From NCBI GenBank assembly GCA_009602725.1, contig WELB01000013.1, forward strand, positions 856,561 to 920,560: a stretch of 64,000 nucleotides of DNA, in the 5' to 3' direction. The position numbers and the translations under genes are program-made. This DNA is from Spirogloea muscicola (Eukaryota). The notes beneath the pieces are model-generated. The model did not search any database. It was not told the origin of the DNA and was given only the letters and a program-made list of their open reading frames with translations. Shown in pieces: positions 61,142 to 64,000 of this stretch; the first letter of the stretch is position 1; each line of letters opens with the position of its first letter.

Positions 61142-63893
61142 CTACGAGAAGCCATGGGTTGGCAAGCTGCCAAGACCCTGCATCACCTGTCCTTGCCGGA
61201 ACTGATGCTGCTGCTGCTGCTGCTGCTGCGACTGCTGCTGCTGCTGCTGCTGCTGTGACTGCTGCTGATGGAGCTGGCCATAACCTTGCTGAACTGCCTT
61301 ATAGCCCTGGCCTCCGACTGTGCCTCCAGCTTGCTGGTTGGATGATGGCTGCCCTCCAGAGTTGGGGCGGAAAATGACCATATCCTGCACATGCAGGTGA
61401 ATCCATTGTATGTCGTGATCAAGCTATTTTGGCATGGGCTCAATGAGCAGATTGGTAGCAAGTTCAGGCATGACTGTGTCCATGTCATCAGTGGAAGGTG
61501 CTGTCTGACACCATTGTCAGAACCGTGTAGAACGTAACCCGGGCACAGTGCATCAGTGCATTCTCACAGCTTGTAACCCTGCACGACTGCTCTTCATGCT
61601 TCACTATTGAGACAGTGGAGCAAGCAGATCAACTTTGCCTGCTGTGACAGGCCTGCACAATAGAAGCAAGCCACTAAAACATGCTCACCTTTGGAAATAG
61701 CATCCCAATCATTCGACCGGGTCTATTAGGGGCTGCAGCCAGCAAAAGAGTGTGTGATGGAAGCTGGATGACTGCACACTGAAAAAACGCGGGCATACAT
61801 GTTGGAAGTAAGGACACACAACAGCTCAGTGACACCTGCATGTGTAGAGTATGAGTATGACTGGAAGATGGTGTAAAACTTGTCAGCTCTCATGGGATCG
61901 TATTTTAAGGATGCACGCCGATAGCTTTGCCCTGCTGCGTCCTTCGTCTTCAGCGCGGGATTCAGCTAAAACAGGCTGAGTAGTGGCTAGCATGACAATC
62001 TCACTCGAACCATACCAGCTTCCTCTCGGCCATCTGGGATAAGAACCCGTGTTGTTGGAGGGGCTTGAAAATGAGAAGCTCGGCCTTGCCCTGGTACTCC
62101 CTATTCATGAATCCAGGGTAATTACAATGCTACAGAAGACTGCCGCACACAAGATGAAATTTTTTCTGAGCCCTGACACATCCTTTGCTAGGCTTGCGAC
62201 GCTAATCAGGTACACAGAAACACAGTCCATACTTGCTGTTCATGTAGTCCTTGTTGATGAGGCGCATGATCTGCATCGTAGGAGGCCAATCATCTGCCAA
62301 CCTGCAATCAGTACAAGCTGGGGCATCAAATGAAGCATGAATCTCAGAACGTACCCTTACACCTGGGCTTCAATTCCAGAGACAAACTCATATGTCATCA
62401 CTAGAAGACAACCAATCTCACTTGGCAGCTGATGTTGCTTGCGCGTAGCCCTGCAAGTAGGCACATGAAGCAGAGGTTAGCAATCCAAGAAGCAGGGAAA
62501 GCTGTGGCAGGAGTGCGCTTGGCTGCACAGCAGCCGCAGTGCTTGCAAGCTCAACCATGATCATCTCCTTGCCAAGAGTGAGTGCCAACCACATAGCAAA
62601 CGCAAAATAATTCAAGGGAGATTCCACCTGCATTTTGCAGAGAGCAACAGGCTGCCCCTGCCTCTGTCCAGCCAGGAGACCCTGCAGGTCACTCACAGGG
62701 TCAAAAGAGAGTGAGCGCACACAAGCAAAGCAATGTGCATGTTGGTCCATGGTGGGTCCCAGGAACCCACCTAAAGACAATACGTCATTTAGGTGACATT
62801 GTGGACATCCATTTGAGAGGCTGTTTCAGATTCTGATGCCTGCCAGTGCCAGGTCTTGCCTTGTCTTGTGAATGAAAGAAAGAAGAACTGCATGGACGAT
62901 GTGATCCAAAATTCTGGGCGCCCTCACCTCCCAAATTATGGTATGTTTGTTATATCCCGTGCCAGGGGCCTGCTGCTGGGGCACCTGCTGCTGCGTCACG
63001 TGCTGCTGCATGCCCGGGGTCACAGTGGACGAGCCGGCCAGGCCCCCAAGCTCAGGCGCCATCAAGCCCTGGCTGCTCAGGCCCCCCAGGTTCGCCATCA
63101 TGCCGTGGCCGCCGAGCTGCCCGGATTCTGGCGTGGGCACCACCCCGGGCGTCGGCATCATGGTCGACGTCTGCACCATCCCCGGCGTCGGCACCATGCT
63201 GGACGTCGACACCAGGCCAGGTGTCGGCATCATGCCGGGCGTGGGGACCATTGTCGAGAGCGTGCCCATGTTGCCCATCCCCAGGCCCTGGCCCTGGCTG
63301 CCGCCCAGCCGCGTCGAGGCCATGGACGGCTGGCTCAACGCCGCCTGATTGACGCCGGGAAGCGGGCCGGCCTTGCCGTAACCGCCGGCACCTTGGGCCA
63401 GTCCCATGCCCGCGCCGCCGGCTTGACCAAGCCCCACGCCGCCGGGCTGGCCCATGCGCATCATGTTCTGGCCCATGCCCAGGTTGCCCTGCGCCATGCC
63501 CACCTGCTGCGGCACGCCCATGTTGCCCTGGCCCAGGCTGCCGAGGCTGCCCTGCGTCATGGCGGCGCCCTGGCCCATGCCGTAGAGGCCGACATTGGCG
63601 GTGTCGGCAGCACCCATGCCCATGCCCACGTCCGCCAGCGCCGCTGCATCCTTCAGGCCGCTGACGCCGACGCCCTGGTTGCTGCCAAGGTGGCTCAAGT
63701 CCATCATGCCCAGGCCGCTTGGCCCCAAATGGAAGGGCTGCTGCGACAGATTGGACAAGGCTGTCCCCTGCGATGACATCGACGGCGTCGGCGACCCTGC
63801 TGCCTCTCGAGGAGGCCTGATCTGAGGTGCGCCTGCACTGCTGGCGGAGATTGGCTGCATCTGCGGCATGTGGGGAACGCCCAGTCCGAGCTC
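61142..63893 (-). CDS. MED25: Mediator subunit 25 (PFT1), 3' part; gene continues beyond the window
   Basis: ACID-domain exons: KHTIIWE | GLLAGQRQGQPVALCKMQ | GYAQATSAAK | LADDWPPTMQIMRLINKDYMNSK | YQGKAELLIFKPLQQHGFLSQMAERKL | CAVIQLPSHTLLL..RMIGMLFPK | DMVIFRP, then a poly-Q tail. Gly/Met-rich exon 63893-62929. Confidence 0.92.
61204..61268 (-). repeat. Interrupted (CAG)n tract encoding MED25 poly-glutamine
   Basis: HQQQSQQQQQQQQSQQQQQQQHQ. Confidence 0.9.
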
Positions 63894-64000
63894 CTGTGCA
63901 TTGATTGGCAGAATATACAATTTAGCTAGTGTTCAAAGAGTGATGTTGACAATGTCAAAAGAAGGCATACTATGACTGCTGTGCATGTGGTGTGTGAACT

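Overview
Eukaryotic, intron-rich nuclear DNA from a green-plant lineage. The gene set and GC-rich 5' gene ends suggest a streptophyte alga or early-diverging plant (inference). It is a draft assembly with two long N gaps, four single-N joins and a leading poly-T run. Recognisable spliced genes are a ZIP/ZupT-type metal transporter (+), an AP2/ERF factor (-), tRNA 2-thiouridylase MnmA (-), HAKAI/CBLL1 (+), a RAY1-like GT77 glycosyltransferase (-), a Harbinger-derived (ALP1/HARBI1-like) gene fragment (-), an ASCC3/DExH14 helicase (-), a full-size PDR-type ABCG transporter (-) and the 3' part of MED25/PFT1 (-). An internally deleted Ty1/copia element retains both LTRs, a PPT, a degenerate PBS and a 5-bp TSD. 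The most unusual signal is a multi-subfamily set of very short, TSD-flanked 3' fragments of a restriction-like-endonuclease (CRE-like) non-LTR retrotransposon. They pile up in three gene-upstream clusters (about 8.4-10.1 kb, 42.0-42.2 kb and 54.3-59.7 kb), share a conserved 3'-UTR hairpin, and repeatedly insert into that same hairpin in other copies.
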